64,000 nucleotides of DNA from Escherichia phage vB_vPM_PD112. Of this stretch, positions 39,863 through 49,261 are shown in pieces. The stretch lies in sequence record NC_054928.1; one strand, 5' to 3'. Position 1 is the stretch's first letter. Each line of letters opens with the position of its first letter. Under the pieces are notes generated by a model. That model was not told the DNA's origin, did no database searches, and was given only the letters and a program-made list of their open reading frames with translations. A program made the position numbers and the translations under genes.

Positions 39863-39895
39863 AATATACTATCACAGTTCTAGGAGAAAGTAAAC
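39863..39895 (-). promoter_or_regulatory. T4-type early promoter
   Basis: Minus-strand read GTTTACtttctcctagaactgtgaTAGTATATTC. Confidence 0.55.
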
Positions 39896-39899
39896 AACT

Positions 39900-40430
<531 letters not shown>

Positions 40431-40886
40431 TTAAAAGAGGTTGTTCATTATTCGGTAAAGTGAAGGACCCATCACATATTGCCACTGAGTACGAGGAATA
40501 AGAGCAAAAGCGTCCATCTCTGGAATCATAACGCCATCTTTATTTTCAAAATAAGACTCGCAATGGCAATTTCTAAACATCTCATGCTCTACTGGAATCG
40601 TATAATAAAATAACTGTAAGTCTTTATTACTAGAATATTTAAATACACCTAGGTCTTCTAGAAGGTCTGGATTATAATTGCTAAAACCAGTCTCTTCTAA
40701 ACATTCTCTTCGTGCTGCATCTAGTACGCTTAAATCAGAATTTTCTACGCGGCCCTTTGGGATATCCCAGCGATGTGCCATCATTCCAGGCTTACGAGAA
40801 CCAGTAACCCGTCCCATGAATAAATCTTTATCTTCGGTCATAAAGATAATACCAGCTGATAGTGTTTTCATTTTAATTTCCTGCAT
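40431..40886 (-). CDS. nudE: Nudix hydrolase
   Basis: 151 aa; Nudix box GRVENSDLSVLDAARRECLEETG. Confidence 0.85.
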   Translation of the reverse strand: MQEIKMKTLSAGIIFMTEDKDLFMGRVTGSRKPGMMAHRWDIPKGRVENSDLSVLDAARRECLEETGFSNYNPDLLEDLGVFKYSSNKDLQLFYYTIPVEHEMFRNCHCESYFENKDGVMIPEMDAFALIPRTQWQYVMGPSLYRIMNNLF

Positions 40887-41356
40887 TCAGTGATAAAGTT
40901 ATTTAAATTTTGAGTATATTTCTTTTCATCAAAAATCTTTTGTTGTCTGCGTAGCCGCCATGGCATTTCAATGAACGTGTACCATATCCCAGATAATATT
41001 GCTGCTGTAAAAATATTAACAAGTATGGTTAAAAGAATCCAATCTCCTATTCTGTCCATTGGATTTTTTATAAAAAAGTAAAATACGAATGATGTCACAG
41101 GAAGACTAATAATATACCACAGAATCATAATCTTATCTGTGAACCAATCAGCGTTCGTTAATTTAGCGCGACCATTATGAATACACACGAATTTATCATC
41201 TGTTGCAGTAGATGGCTTAACTGGTTGATATCCCATTCTAAACTCCCTAATCAGCAAATTTTTCATATCTTCGGAACAGCCATTCCAGTCAACTCTATCA
41301 ACTGGAATGCCATCATCCCCATCATCTAAATCATACCAGCGAGTTTTTAAAATCAT
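40868..41356 (-). CDS. membrane protein, member of F-[IV]-x-[ED]-C-R-K tail family (e.2 position)
   Basis: Two TM segments; C-terminus NNFITECRKLK. Confidence 0.5.
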   Translation of the reverse strand: MILKTRWYDLDDGDDGIPVDRVDWNGCSEDMKNLLIREFRMGYQPVKPSTATDDKFVCIHNGRAKLTNADWFTDKIMILWYIISLPVTSFVFYFFIKNPMDRIGDWILLTILVNIFTAAILSGIWYTFIEMPWRLRRQQKIFDEKKYTQNLNNFITECRKLK

Positions 41357-41715
41357 CTGATTTTCCTACAATCACTTACAAACTCTTTCATTGATTCATT
41401 TTCAATATAAGACATGTAGTTATTATATTCTTTTAATTGTATTTTGTAATCCTTTTTTCTTTGCCAATTTATTTTAAAATTATCATAATGAAAATATAAC
41501 ATGGTACCAAAGAATGAAAATAATGAAATCGCTATAGTAAAACGAAGTTCACTCCAAACCTCTGTTATAATTGCTGAACCATCGATGTTTAAAATAATAC
41601 AGTCAATCATTAATCCAATAAGACTACCCGCAAGAGCTGTAAATACTGATACAGCAAGAATTAATAGTGCCTCAGGAAACGAATATTTGACTTTATTTAG
41701 TTTTGGCTTTTGCAT
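41353..41715 (-). CDS. membrane protein, same tail-motif family (e.3 position)
   Basis: Two TM segments; C-terminus KEFVSDCRKIR. Confidence 0.5.
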   Translation of the reverse strand: MQKPKLNKVKYSFPEALLILAVSVFTALAGSLIGLMIDCIILNIDGSAIITEVWSELRFTIAISLFSFFGTMLYFHYDNFKINWQRKKDYKIQLKEYNNYMSYIENESMKEFVSDCRKIR

Positions 41716-42089
41716 CGTGATTCCTTAACAAATTTCATAATTTCATCAAATTCATACGCAGCAAGTTTAAGCTGATGTTCTTTTTTAATCTTTTTGCACT
41801 GGGCTTTCCACTCACGTACGCGTTTACGATAATGTCTTCCTTGATACCAGTATCCTACCCAATTTACAGGTACTAATAAAAGCGGAATTATTAATGGAAG
41901 AATTAGTGTTGCTCCAAATATTGCACCAGATTCAATATCAGTCATAACGTCTATAACCATTCCAGCAATCAGCAGAATCACAAATGATACAGCTACCACA
42001 GGACCTATTAATACATCAGTAGGAATTAGCTGACGCTTTAGTTCATACTTCACAGGTTTACTTGGAAGGTATAGTGATGGCTTTGACAT
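41697..42089 (-). CDS. membrane protein, same tail-motif family (e.4 position); probable ATG at 42089
   Basis: Two TM segments; C-terminus MKFVKESRCKSQN. Confidence 0.5.
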   Translation of the reverse strand: MSKPSLYLPSKPVKYELKRQLIPTDVLIGPVVAVSFVILLIAGMVIDVMTDIESGAIFGATLILPLIIPLLLVPVNWVGYWYQGRHYRKRVREWKAQCKKIKKEHQLKLAAYEFDEIMKFVKESRCKSQN

Positions 42090-42666
42090 ATTCTCTACAT
42101 TCCTTAACAAATTTTTCTAGTAATAAATCGCTTTCAAAATTAGGATTTTCCACGAATTTATCAAAAAGATCATCAACAATAGTCAAGATATTCTTTTTAC
42201 TAAGAATACGCTTATTTTCATATTTTGTTTCAGAATCAACTATAAGAGTAAAGAAATATTTCTTTCCCTGAAATTTTACCGTAGTATCAATATAGAACAA
42301 ATTTGACTTTTGTAAATTACGTTTAAACCATGCGTCACTTAAACTATAAACGCCAAGATAATCATAATCGTCGTTTAAATAACAAACTGTCCATTCAGGA
42401 GAAATGAAATCAGTAAATTCAACATCAAAATCACACGTCAATGAATGAATTGATTCAATACTTTTAATGAGTATTCCAGGGCGTATTAAAGACTTTTTAC
42501 CTCTATAAAATCTTCCAGAAAGACTTTCATCAGTTTCATACGAAGAGCCCCAATAGTAATTACGTCCTTCTGCCATACGTTTAAGAGCATTTAGTAATTG
42601 GTCTGGAACATCAACTTGTCTTTGGAACTCTTCAAACATTGAATTGAAATCATTTTGCATTCTCAT
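42058..42666 (-). CDS. soluble protein carrying the same C-terminal motif (e.5 position)
   Basis: 202 aa; C-terminus EKFVKECREYVKAITIPSK. Confidence 0.5.
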   Translation of the reverse strand: MRMQNDFNSMFEEFQRQVDVPDQLLNALKRMAEGRNYYWGSSYETDESLSGRFYRGKKSLIRPGILIKSIESIHSLTCDFDVEFTDFISPEWTVCYLNDDYDYLGVYSLSDAWFKRNLQKSNLFYIDTTVKFQGKKYFFTLIVDSETKYENKRILSKKNILTIVDDLFDKFVENPNFESDLLLEKFVKECREYVKAITIPSK

Positions 42667-42686
42667 TCCTATTTACTCCAAGTAAT

Positions 42687-42702
42687 AGGGGCCGAAGCCC
42701 CT
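42687..42702 (-). terminator. hairpin (ggggccGAAGcccc)
   Basis: aggggccgaagcccct inverted repeat. Confidence 0.4.
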
Positions 42703-42707
42703 TATCA

Positions 42708-43301
42708 TTATTTCAGAGAATTAATATATTCCTGGACATCGGCAGAGGTGGTTTCAACCCCAGAAATATTACCATTAAAGGTTTCAACTCGAGCAAGAGT
42801 ATCTTCAATATCAACCTTGGTCAGTGCTGCAATTTCAACTACATCATCAGCAGTACTAATTCCAAGGGCATTTGCCGCACGAGTTTCACGGATATATTCC
42901 AATTTAACTGCAAGTTCTTGGCGAGCATCATCTAACTCAACTACTTTCTTGGCGATTTCAATTCGCATTTCAGCATAACCATCAGCTTTAGTAGTCAACT
43001 GCTCAGCTGTTCGACGATATAGTAAACCGAGCTTAGCATGCATTGTTACATCTTGACCTTCGGAAAGAAGTTTGCGAATTTCACGCTCTTTTGATTCGGC
43101 TTGTCGATTCTTTTCGATAACAAGTTCACGAATACGTTTTTCTTCATTAATAGATTTAACAGAAGCAGTTTTTAGGTCTTTAATTTTATCAAGAAGTTTT
43201 GCTGCTGCAGCAGTATACTGTTCTTCGACAGATAGATTTTTAGCCATAGCAGAACCAAGTTTAGTGCGAATAAACTCAACAATTTTCTTCAGTGTGTTCA
43301 T
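42708..43301 (-). CDS. coiled-coil protein, possibly PspA/IM30-like (e.6 position)
   Basis: 197 aa, predicted helical coiled coil throughout; composition resembles PspA. Confidence 0.35.
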   Translation of the reverse strand: MNTLKKIVEFIRTKLGSAMAKNLSVEEQYTAAAAKLLDKIKDLKTASVKSINEEKRIRELVIEKNRQAESKEREIRKLLSEGQDVTMHAKLGLLYRRTAEQLTTKADGYAEMRIEIAKKVVELDDARQELAVKLEYIRETRAANALGISTADDVVEIAALTKVDIEDTLARVETFNGNISGVETTSADVQEYINSLK

Positions 43302-43344
43302 AGTATTTCCTTAGGTTAATTGAGATTTAAAATCTGCGGAAGAA

Positions 43345-43875
43345 TTATATCCCATTATTTGAGAGATGTAAACTATTTTTAATTTTACAAATTCGTTCAG
43401 CTTCATCGATAGCAGCATTAATAATGCTTTTAGCTATAGGAGTACTAATACTAGTAGCTTTTACACTTAACACGATTTCTTTATCTTTACCAGGCCAACC
43501 CCACGATTTTTCACCGTGAGTGCCTTTAATTACAGCAGACACCTCAAGTGAGCATCCATTATCACATGTTTTTACATTAACAACCCAAGGGTCACTTTTC
43601 TCAATCGGTTTCTCAATCGGTTTATCCCAGTAAATATTAAGAATACGTGGAACATCAAATTTGGCAGGACAAATCTTAACCGTAAGACCTTCGCTTTCTA
43701 GCCAATTAATAAGAGGGCGTTCATACAGGCGACGATGTGGGCTTGGGATTCGACAAGCCTTATGTCCGTTGCTTGCGGCTTCACTAAGCTGTTCTAATAC
43801 CTGCTTTTGCATTATTGATAAAATACCATCAAAAGATTTTTCGGAAGTTTCATTCAGTTCAGTATAAAGAGACAT
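43345..43875 (-). CDS. hypothetical protein (e.7 position)
   Basis: 176 aa ORF. Confidence 0.45.
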   Translation of the reverse strand: MSLYTELNETSEKSFDGILSIMQKQVLEQLSEAASNGHKACRIPSPHRRLYERPLINWLESEGLTVKICPAKFDVPRILNIYWDKPIEKPIEKSDPWVVNVKTCDNGCSLEVSAVIKGTHGEKSWGWPGKDKEIVLSVKATSISTPIAKSIINAAIDEAERICKIKNSLHLSNNGI

Positions 43876-43930
43876 AACAGTTTCCTCAAGTTATAGGCTC
43901 ATAATATCTCAATCATGAGCCTGTGTAAAC

Positions 43931-44194
43931 TTATTTCATATTATTGAAATATTCTTCTGCGATTTCGTCGTTATCGTGGTAAACTTTAGAAGACAGTTTA
44001 ACATAACCTTCTGCTGTGAACATGTTAATCACAACCTTTACAGTATACCACTGACCATCTTCATTACCCATTACTGCGTAAGTTTCAAACATCGGATGGT
44101 CAGGACCGATAACTTTAATATCATTCACTGTACGACCGAAATCTTCTGAAACGCATTTCATAAAGAAGTTGAACAGCTCACCGTAATTATCCAT
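43931..44194 (-). CDS. hypothetical protein (e.8 position); probable ATG at 44194 behind GGAG RBS
   Basis: ORF; track version overlaps the promoter so start moved. Confidence 0.45.
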   Translation of the reverse strand: MDNYGELFNFFMKCVSEDFGRTVNDIKVIGPDHPMFETYAVMGNEDGQWYTVKVVINMFTAEGYVKLSSKVYHDNDEIAEEYFNNMK

Positions 44195-44234
44195 TTCATT
44201 CTCCAAGTTGTTTTCTGTATCAGTAGTTGATAGT

Positions 44235-44268
44235 TGTATAGTACCATGGAAGAACAAGGATGTAAACA
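44235..44268 (-). promoter_or_regulatory. T4-type early promoter
   Basis: Minus-strand read GTTTACatccttgttcttccatgGTACTATACA, near-identical to the one at 2215. Confidence 0.6.
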
Positions 44269-44403
44269 GTTTTGTGAAAAAATTTTTAAAAAGTTTTAGG
44301 GAATTCTAGGGCGGGGAGGGGCAATTAAAAGATAGGATAATATATTATAAAGGGTATAAACTAAATGATGCCTAGAGAGGTCCAGAAAGGCCTAGATACC
44401 AAA

Positions 44404-44427
44404 AGCCCCAACCTTTCGGCTGGGGCT
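44404..44427 (-). terminator. intrinsic terminator
   Basis: agccccaacctttcggctggggct hairpin plus U-run on minus strand. Confidence 0.6.
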
Positions 44428-44434
44428 AAGAATG

Positions 44435-44908
44435 TTATTTGATTTGTTTAGCAGACCAAATGCGGTCTTTGATAATTTTTTGGATGTCTTCAACATATTC
44501 AAGAGAGTGAACATGTGGGTTATCTTTGAAACTATAAGCACGAGCTAACTTTTGGCCTTCAGTTTTGATTACTAAAAGCTCTTTAAGGATAGCTTCATAT
44601 CTGGAGATAATTCCTTTAACGATATTTTTCTCTTGTGTGACTTTAGGATCTGCTTTAGGAGCAGGTTTACCCGAAGCCTTTGCAAAAGCAGCGCCAGTAG
44701 CAACTAAACTTTTCCAGGCCATACTAACTGCATTTCCCGTAAATCCTTCTGCTTTCATGTCGCGAGCAAACTGGAATCGTGATTCGTCAGAAGCATCTTT
44801 ATAGGAATATTTACCCGCTGCAATGGCTGCTTTTGCGACAGCTTGAATTTCGGTGCTAGATGCTTCATTTAACACCGCTTCATTTAAAAATTGAGCATAT
44901 GATTTCAT
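44435..44908 (-). CDS. internal-protein-like gene with capsid-targeting leader
   Basis: N-terminus MKSYAQFLNEA parallels the IP leader MKTYQEFI.EA; 157 aa, Ala/Lys-rich. Confidence 0.55.
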   Translation of the reverse strand: MKSYAQFLNEAVLNEASSTEIQAVAKAAIAAGKYSYKDASDESRFQFARDMKAEGFTGNAVSMAWKSLVATGAAFAKASGKPAPKADPKVTQEKNIVKGIISRYEAILKELLVIKTEGQKLARAYSFKDNPHVHSLEYVEDIQKIIKDRIWSAKQIK

Positions 44909-44960
44909 CTTATTTCCTGTTCTAATTCGTGGATTTAATATATTATATTTATACTAAAAA

Positions 44961-44982
44961 GCCCCAACCTTTCGGTCGGGGC
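44961..44982 (-). terminator. intrinsic terminator downstream of the tRNA/stable RNA cluster
   Basis: gccccaacctttcggtcggggc hairpin plus U-run on minus strand; copy of the 44404 hairpin. Confidence 0.6.
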
Positions 44983-45029
44983 TAAGCCTTGCGGCAACCT
45001 TGTAGGGGTTCCACCTGCTAAGGCAAGTG

Positions 45030-45300
45030 TTTGTACGAAACGCCGGGATTCGAACCCGGTTATTAAGTAGTTGACGCTACTCAATATTTTTAAAAGGCCA
45101 TATCTCGACCATATCCGAACGTTCCGTCAAAAACGCTACTCGGCTTACGGCAAAGATATTTCCTCGAATCGATAATTTGGTGCGCCGTTTCTGCTGTGAT
45201 GTAAGAGGGCATCAACAAATCATAAAGATTTATTAACACAATTCCTTACCCAGGGAACATCAGTCCGACGACTTACCGGTAGCGACCCGGTTTCTTGTTT
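45030..45300 (-). ncRNA. stable small RNA region (T4 species 1/2-like RNAs); boundaries approximate
   Basis: No ORF; tRNA-like T-arm GGTTCGAATCC and long complementary stems between the terminator and tRNA-Arg. Confidence 0.35.
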
Positions 45301-45377
45301 GGTCGAGGCAGAAGGATTCTAACCTTCAACCAACGGATTAGAAATCCGTTGCTCTATACAATTGAGCTATGCCCCGT
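45301..45377 (-). tRNA. tRNA-Arg (anticodon UCU)
   Basis: Hand-folded cloverleaf on minus strand, 7 bp acceptor stem, CCA encoded. Confidence 0.7.
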
Positions 45378-45379
45378 AA

Positions 45380-46045
45380 TTAAAATTTCATTTTTCGACC
45401 TTTAAACCATCCTTCTGGAATTGGGTCAGTTTTCTTAATACGTTTAGAAACTTTTTCATCTAATGAATGAATCCACATCATGCCAAATTGGGAATTCTTT
45501 TCACCTTGTTGGTGTTTATTTCTGGCGTGAGATTCTTTCATTTTATTAATAGTTTCAGGAGTATGATGCTTATTTAAAAATCTGCTATTATTTAAAAATT
45601 TTTCCCTGTATTCAGGAGTTGACCACAAGCGTTTAAATACATTTGAACCATTTTTACGATATTTTTCTTGAAGTAAAATATCATTTTTAAAACGTGACTT
45701 AAACGATTTAGCTCCTTTTAAACTAGCGTCTTTCTTCTGATTTAGCATCTCAGGAATATTTATATGATCCCATCCACCTTCACCGCCAAGTTTTAAATTA
45801 TACACATCAGGTCTATTTAAAAACTCTTCTGTGACAATATTTTTCTCGGCTTCAAGCATAGATTCTTTATCGTCAAAATATTCTAATATTTCTTTAGAAA
45901 AATTTTCTATACCATACCTGTCTTGGGCTCTTTTTAATAATTTACCAGAACCCATATATCCATCATCTAAATTTTCGGTAGAATGCACACCAATATAAAT
46001 TTTATTATTAATTTTATTTGTTATTTTATAAGCGTAATGGAACAT
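45380..46045 (-). CDS. segB: GIY-YIG homing endonuclease SegB
   Basis: 221 aa; YKITNKINNKIYIGVHST...GYMGSG; inside the tRNA cluster as in T4. Confidence 0.85.
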   Translation of the reverse strand: MFHYAYKITNKINNKIYIGVHSTENLDDGYMGSGKLLKRAQDRYGIENFSKEILEYFDDKESMLEAEKNIVTEEFLNRPDVYNLKLGGEGGWDHINIPEMLNQKKDASLKGAKSFKSRFKNDILLQEKYRKNGSNVFKRLWSTPEYREKFLNNSRFLNKHHTPETINKMKESHARNKHQQGEKNSQFGMMWIHSLDEKVSKRIKKTDPIPEGWFKGRKMKF

Positions 46046-46086
46046 AAATATCTCCTATTTCTAAGAGTATTTATGTTCCCAAAATA

Positions 46087-46160
46087 TGACCCAGACCAGA
46101 TTCGAACTGATAACCTTTCCCTTATGAGGGGACTGCTGCTAACCATTGAGCTACAGGGCC
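46087..46160 (-). tRNA. tRNA-Ile (anticodon CAU)
   Basis: Hand-folded cloverleaf; T-loop TTCGAAT; anticodon loop CTCATAA. Confidence 0.6.
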
Positions 46161-46166
46161 TTGATA

Positions 46167-46239
46167 TGCTGATTGACGGAATCGAACCGCCGACCTTCTC
46201 ATTACAAGTGAGTTGCTCTACCTACTGAGCTAAATCAGC
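46167..46239 (-). tRNA. tRNA-Thr (anticodon UGU)
   Basis: Hand-folded cloverleaf; anticodon loop CTTGTAA. Confidence 0.7.
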
Positions 46240-46246
46240 GAAATTA

Positions 46247-46333
46247 CGGAGGCGATAGGATTTGAACCTATGAGTCGCCGGAGCGACTGCCGGTTTTCAA
46301 GACCGGTGCATTAAACCACTCTGCCACGCCTCC
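46247..46333 (-). tRNA. tRNA-Ser (anticodon UGA), long variable arm
   Basis: Hand-folded; anticodon loop CTTGAAA; 87 nt. Confidence 0.7.
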
Positions 46334-46335
46334 AG

Positions 46336-46409
46336 TCTCCGTGGCAGGATTTGAACCTACGACATTCTGCTCCCAAAGCAGACGCTCTACCAAACTGAGC
46401 TACACGGAG
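46336..46409 (-). tRNA. tRNA-Pro (anticodon UGG)
   Basis: Hand-folded; anticodon loop TTTGGGA. Confidence 0.7.
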
Positions 46410-46421
46410 TAAATTAAATTT

Positions 46422-46493
<72 letters not shown>

Positions 46494-46499
46494 AAACTT

Positions 46500-46586
46500 T
46501 GGTACGAGAAGTGGGACTCGAACCCACAAGGAAATCATTCCGCAGCATTTTAAGTGCTGTGCCTTTACCAATTTGACCATTCTCGC
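46500..46586 (-). tRNA. tRNA-Leu (anticodon UAA), long variable arm, CCA encoded
   Basis: Hand-folded; anticodon loop CTTAAAA. Confidence 0.7.
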
Positions 46587-46592
46587 TCTATA

Positions 46593-47201
46593 TTATTTAT
46601 TACGTGAAAAAGATTGTTCTATCAATTCTGGACACTTTCGTTCTATCCATTTTCTAGCTTTTTGTGGGCTTATACCTATTATTTTAGCAGCTTTACTAAC
46701 CCATCCAAATTTAGAATAATCGATTTTAACTAATTCTTCGTAAATTTCATCAGTTAAAATCTTTTCATTAATATTTACCAGTAAATGATATAATTTATTA
46801 TCATTAGCAATTTTAATGAATCTTTTATAGTTTCCGCCTTTACTTAAACCTAATGAAGTAATTGCAGATGATATAGTAGCCGAATTTAATAGTGCGTTTA
46901 AAATTTCTTCATCACTAACATTATAACGCTTTTTATTATTTTTAATATTTTTACCAGCAAAAGTATCAGTTTGCGAATGGCAATTTGGACATAATAATCT
47001 TAAATTTGATTTAAGATGATTTTTGTTATTTCCATCAATATGGTCTAATTGCAGAACAATATGCTTATTTTGCCATTTTGAAATTTTACAAATTGCGCAC
47101 TCATATGGAAAAATATTTTCTTTTATTATTTTATCTTTCAGCTTTCCTGTACTAAAATTTGGATGTTTTCCTTCAAAAATTTCAGCTAATTTAGTATCCA
47201 T
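46593..47201 (-). CDS. HNH homing endonuclease (Mob-like); probable ATG at 47201
   Basis: HNH motif LQLDHIDGNNKNHLKSNLRLLCPNCH; ends 7 nt from tRNA-Leu. Confidence 0.65.
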   Translation of the reverse strand: MDTKLAEIFEGKHPNFSTGKLKDKIIKENIFPYECAICKISKWQNKHIVLQLDHIDGNNKNHLKSNLRLLCPNCHSQTDTFAGKNIKNNKKRYNVSDEEILNALLNSATISSAITSLGLSKGGNYKRFIKIANDNKLYHLLVNINEKILTDEIYEELVKIDYSKFGWVSKAAKIIGISPQKARKWIERKCPELIEQSFSRNK

Positions 47202-47311
47202 AATATGATTCCCAATTATTAACAAAGGCTCTCAAGCAAGAACCCTTGATGATAGAGGGTATTAATCAGTGCGATATGAGTTAATAATAACAAATAATTC
47301 TTAAAGCATAT

Positions 47312-47599
47312 TTACCATTTATAATAATACATATTTACGATGCATTCAAGACCCAAAGGATTCTTGAAAATATCATATTCAAGAGGACCTTTTTCCGTTT
47401 CAATAAAGAAATCAAAATTTACTGTATTAAATTTACGGTCTTCCTTCACTAATTTAACTTGAGAAGATGAACGATCAATGTAAACCTTTTCAACTTCAAA
47501 ACATGTTAAAATGCCATAATCATCAATCAAGACTTTAGCTGCTTCTTGATCATATTTATATCCATTTTCAATGGATGATACTTTCGCATAAAGAATCAT
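47312..47599 (-). CDS. hypothetical protein
   Basis: 95 aa ORF. Confidence 0.4.
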   Translation of the reverse strand: MILYAKVSSIENGYKYDQEAAKVLIDDYGILTCFEVEKVYIDRSSSQVKLVKEDRKFNTVNFDFFIETEKGPLEYDIFKNPLGLECIVNMYYYKW

Positions 47600-47601
47600 T
47601 A

Positions 47602-47985
47602 TCAGCCTTCATCAACAATAGTGTGAGTATGGGCATTTACGATTTGCCACCAGTCAAAACTATCGCCAAATCGTTTTGATTTATTGTCTTCAATAATTTG
47701 GCGTAATTCATCTTCTGTTTCAGCATACGCAATCAAATCATCATATCCACCACGAGGATAATAATTATCACCTGCAAAAAGTAAAAAGTTTGGTTTAATG
47801 TTATTGAACTCTTCAAGAGTAATAACTTTTCCTGACGGTTGAACAATCTCTACATATTTATATCCCAATTTTTGAGCAGCATCTACTGCTTCAAGCAGGG
47901 TATCATGAGCCCATCCAATTTGGCAATCTGGCTTTTCAGATGGATTAGCCTGATAATCCGCGTACACTTTATACATTCTATTCAC
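47602..47985 (-). CDS. hypothetical protein
   Basis: 127 aa ORF. Confidence 0.45.
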   Translation of the reverse strand: MNRMYKVYADYQANPSEKPDCQIGWAHDTLLEAVDAAQKLGYKYVEIVQPSGKVITLEEFNNIKPNFLLFAGDNYYPRGGYDDLIAYAETEDELRQIIEDNKSKRFGDSFDWWQIVNAHTHTIVDEG

Positions 47986-48163
47986 CTTTAGAAATTTTAT
48001 CCATAACGATAGCGATTAAACCAATTAAAAATGCTACTACAAGTGAAAAAACATTTTCTGCTGTAGTCAATAATCCGCATATAAATCCAACAAACATTGA
48101 AAAACTAAAAGCGGAAACAGAAATTGCAATAGCAACATTTCGAATTAATTCACAACGTTTCAT
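47978..48163 (-). CDS. small membrane protein
   Basis: 61 aa, hydrophobic. Confidence 0.4.
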   Translation of the reverse strand: MKRCELIRNVAIAISVSAFSFSMFVGFICGLLTTAENVFSLVVAFLIGLIAIVMDKISKGE

Positions 48164-48187
48164 TTTATTCTCCTCAGTAGTTGATAG

Positions 48188-48221
48188 GGTAATAGTATCA
48201 CAACTAAAACCCTATGTAAAC
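48188..48221 (-). promoter_or_regulatory. T4-type early promoter
   Basis: Minus-strand read GTTTACAtagggttttagttgtgaTACTATTACC. Confidence 0.55.
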
Positions 48222-48233
48222 AACTTTGTGAAA

Positions 48234-48491
48234 TTATTTTAAATCTTCTAATCGTTTCTTCATCTTAGAACCGTTCTTAGCGATTTCGCCTGCATCAGAG
48301 CATAATGCTAAAAGCGCTTTAACTTTAGTTTGGTCTCCTTTAAAAGATGAAGGATCGACTGCAGCAGCAAGTTCTTTAATACGAGAGAAAAGACGCTCAG
48401 CTTCAGCTAAAGCCATTCCAAGCTTTACTTCCATACCATGAGAAGATTCAGTAATAGTAGTTTTTGTAGCAAACTCTTTGAAAGTTTTCAT
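48234..48491 (-). CDS. internal protein at the ipI locus (leader MKTFKEF)
   Basis: 85 aa; IP-type leader; position immediately before 57B as for T4 ipI. Confidence 0.6.
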   Translation of the reverse strand: MKTFKEFATKTTITESSHGMEVKLGMALAEAERLFSRIKELAAAVDPSSFKGDQTKVKALLALCSDAGEIAKNGSKMKKRLEDLK

Positions 48492-48517
48492 TTTATTTTC
48501 CTAATTAATTTTGATGA

Positions 48518-48551
48518 GATAATAGTATCACTACCTCATCAACGTGTAAAC
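48518..48551 (-). promoter_or_regulatory. T4-type early promoter
   Basis: Minus-strand read GTTTACAcgttgatgaggtagtgaTACTATTATC. Confidence 0.55.
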
Positions 48552-48563
48552 AACTTTGTGAAA

Positions 48564-49260
<697 letters not shown>

Positions 49261-49261
<1 letters not shown>

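Noticed and set aside
46587-47300. Search for tRNA-Gln upstream of tRNA-Leu
   Set aside because: No GGTTCAAATCC-type T-arm or cloverleaf found; the interval is occupied by the HNH endonuclease ORF, so no tRNA feature is reported.
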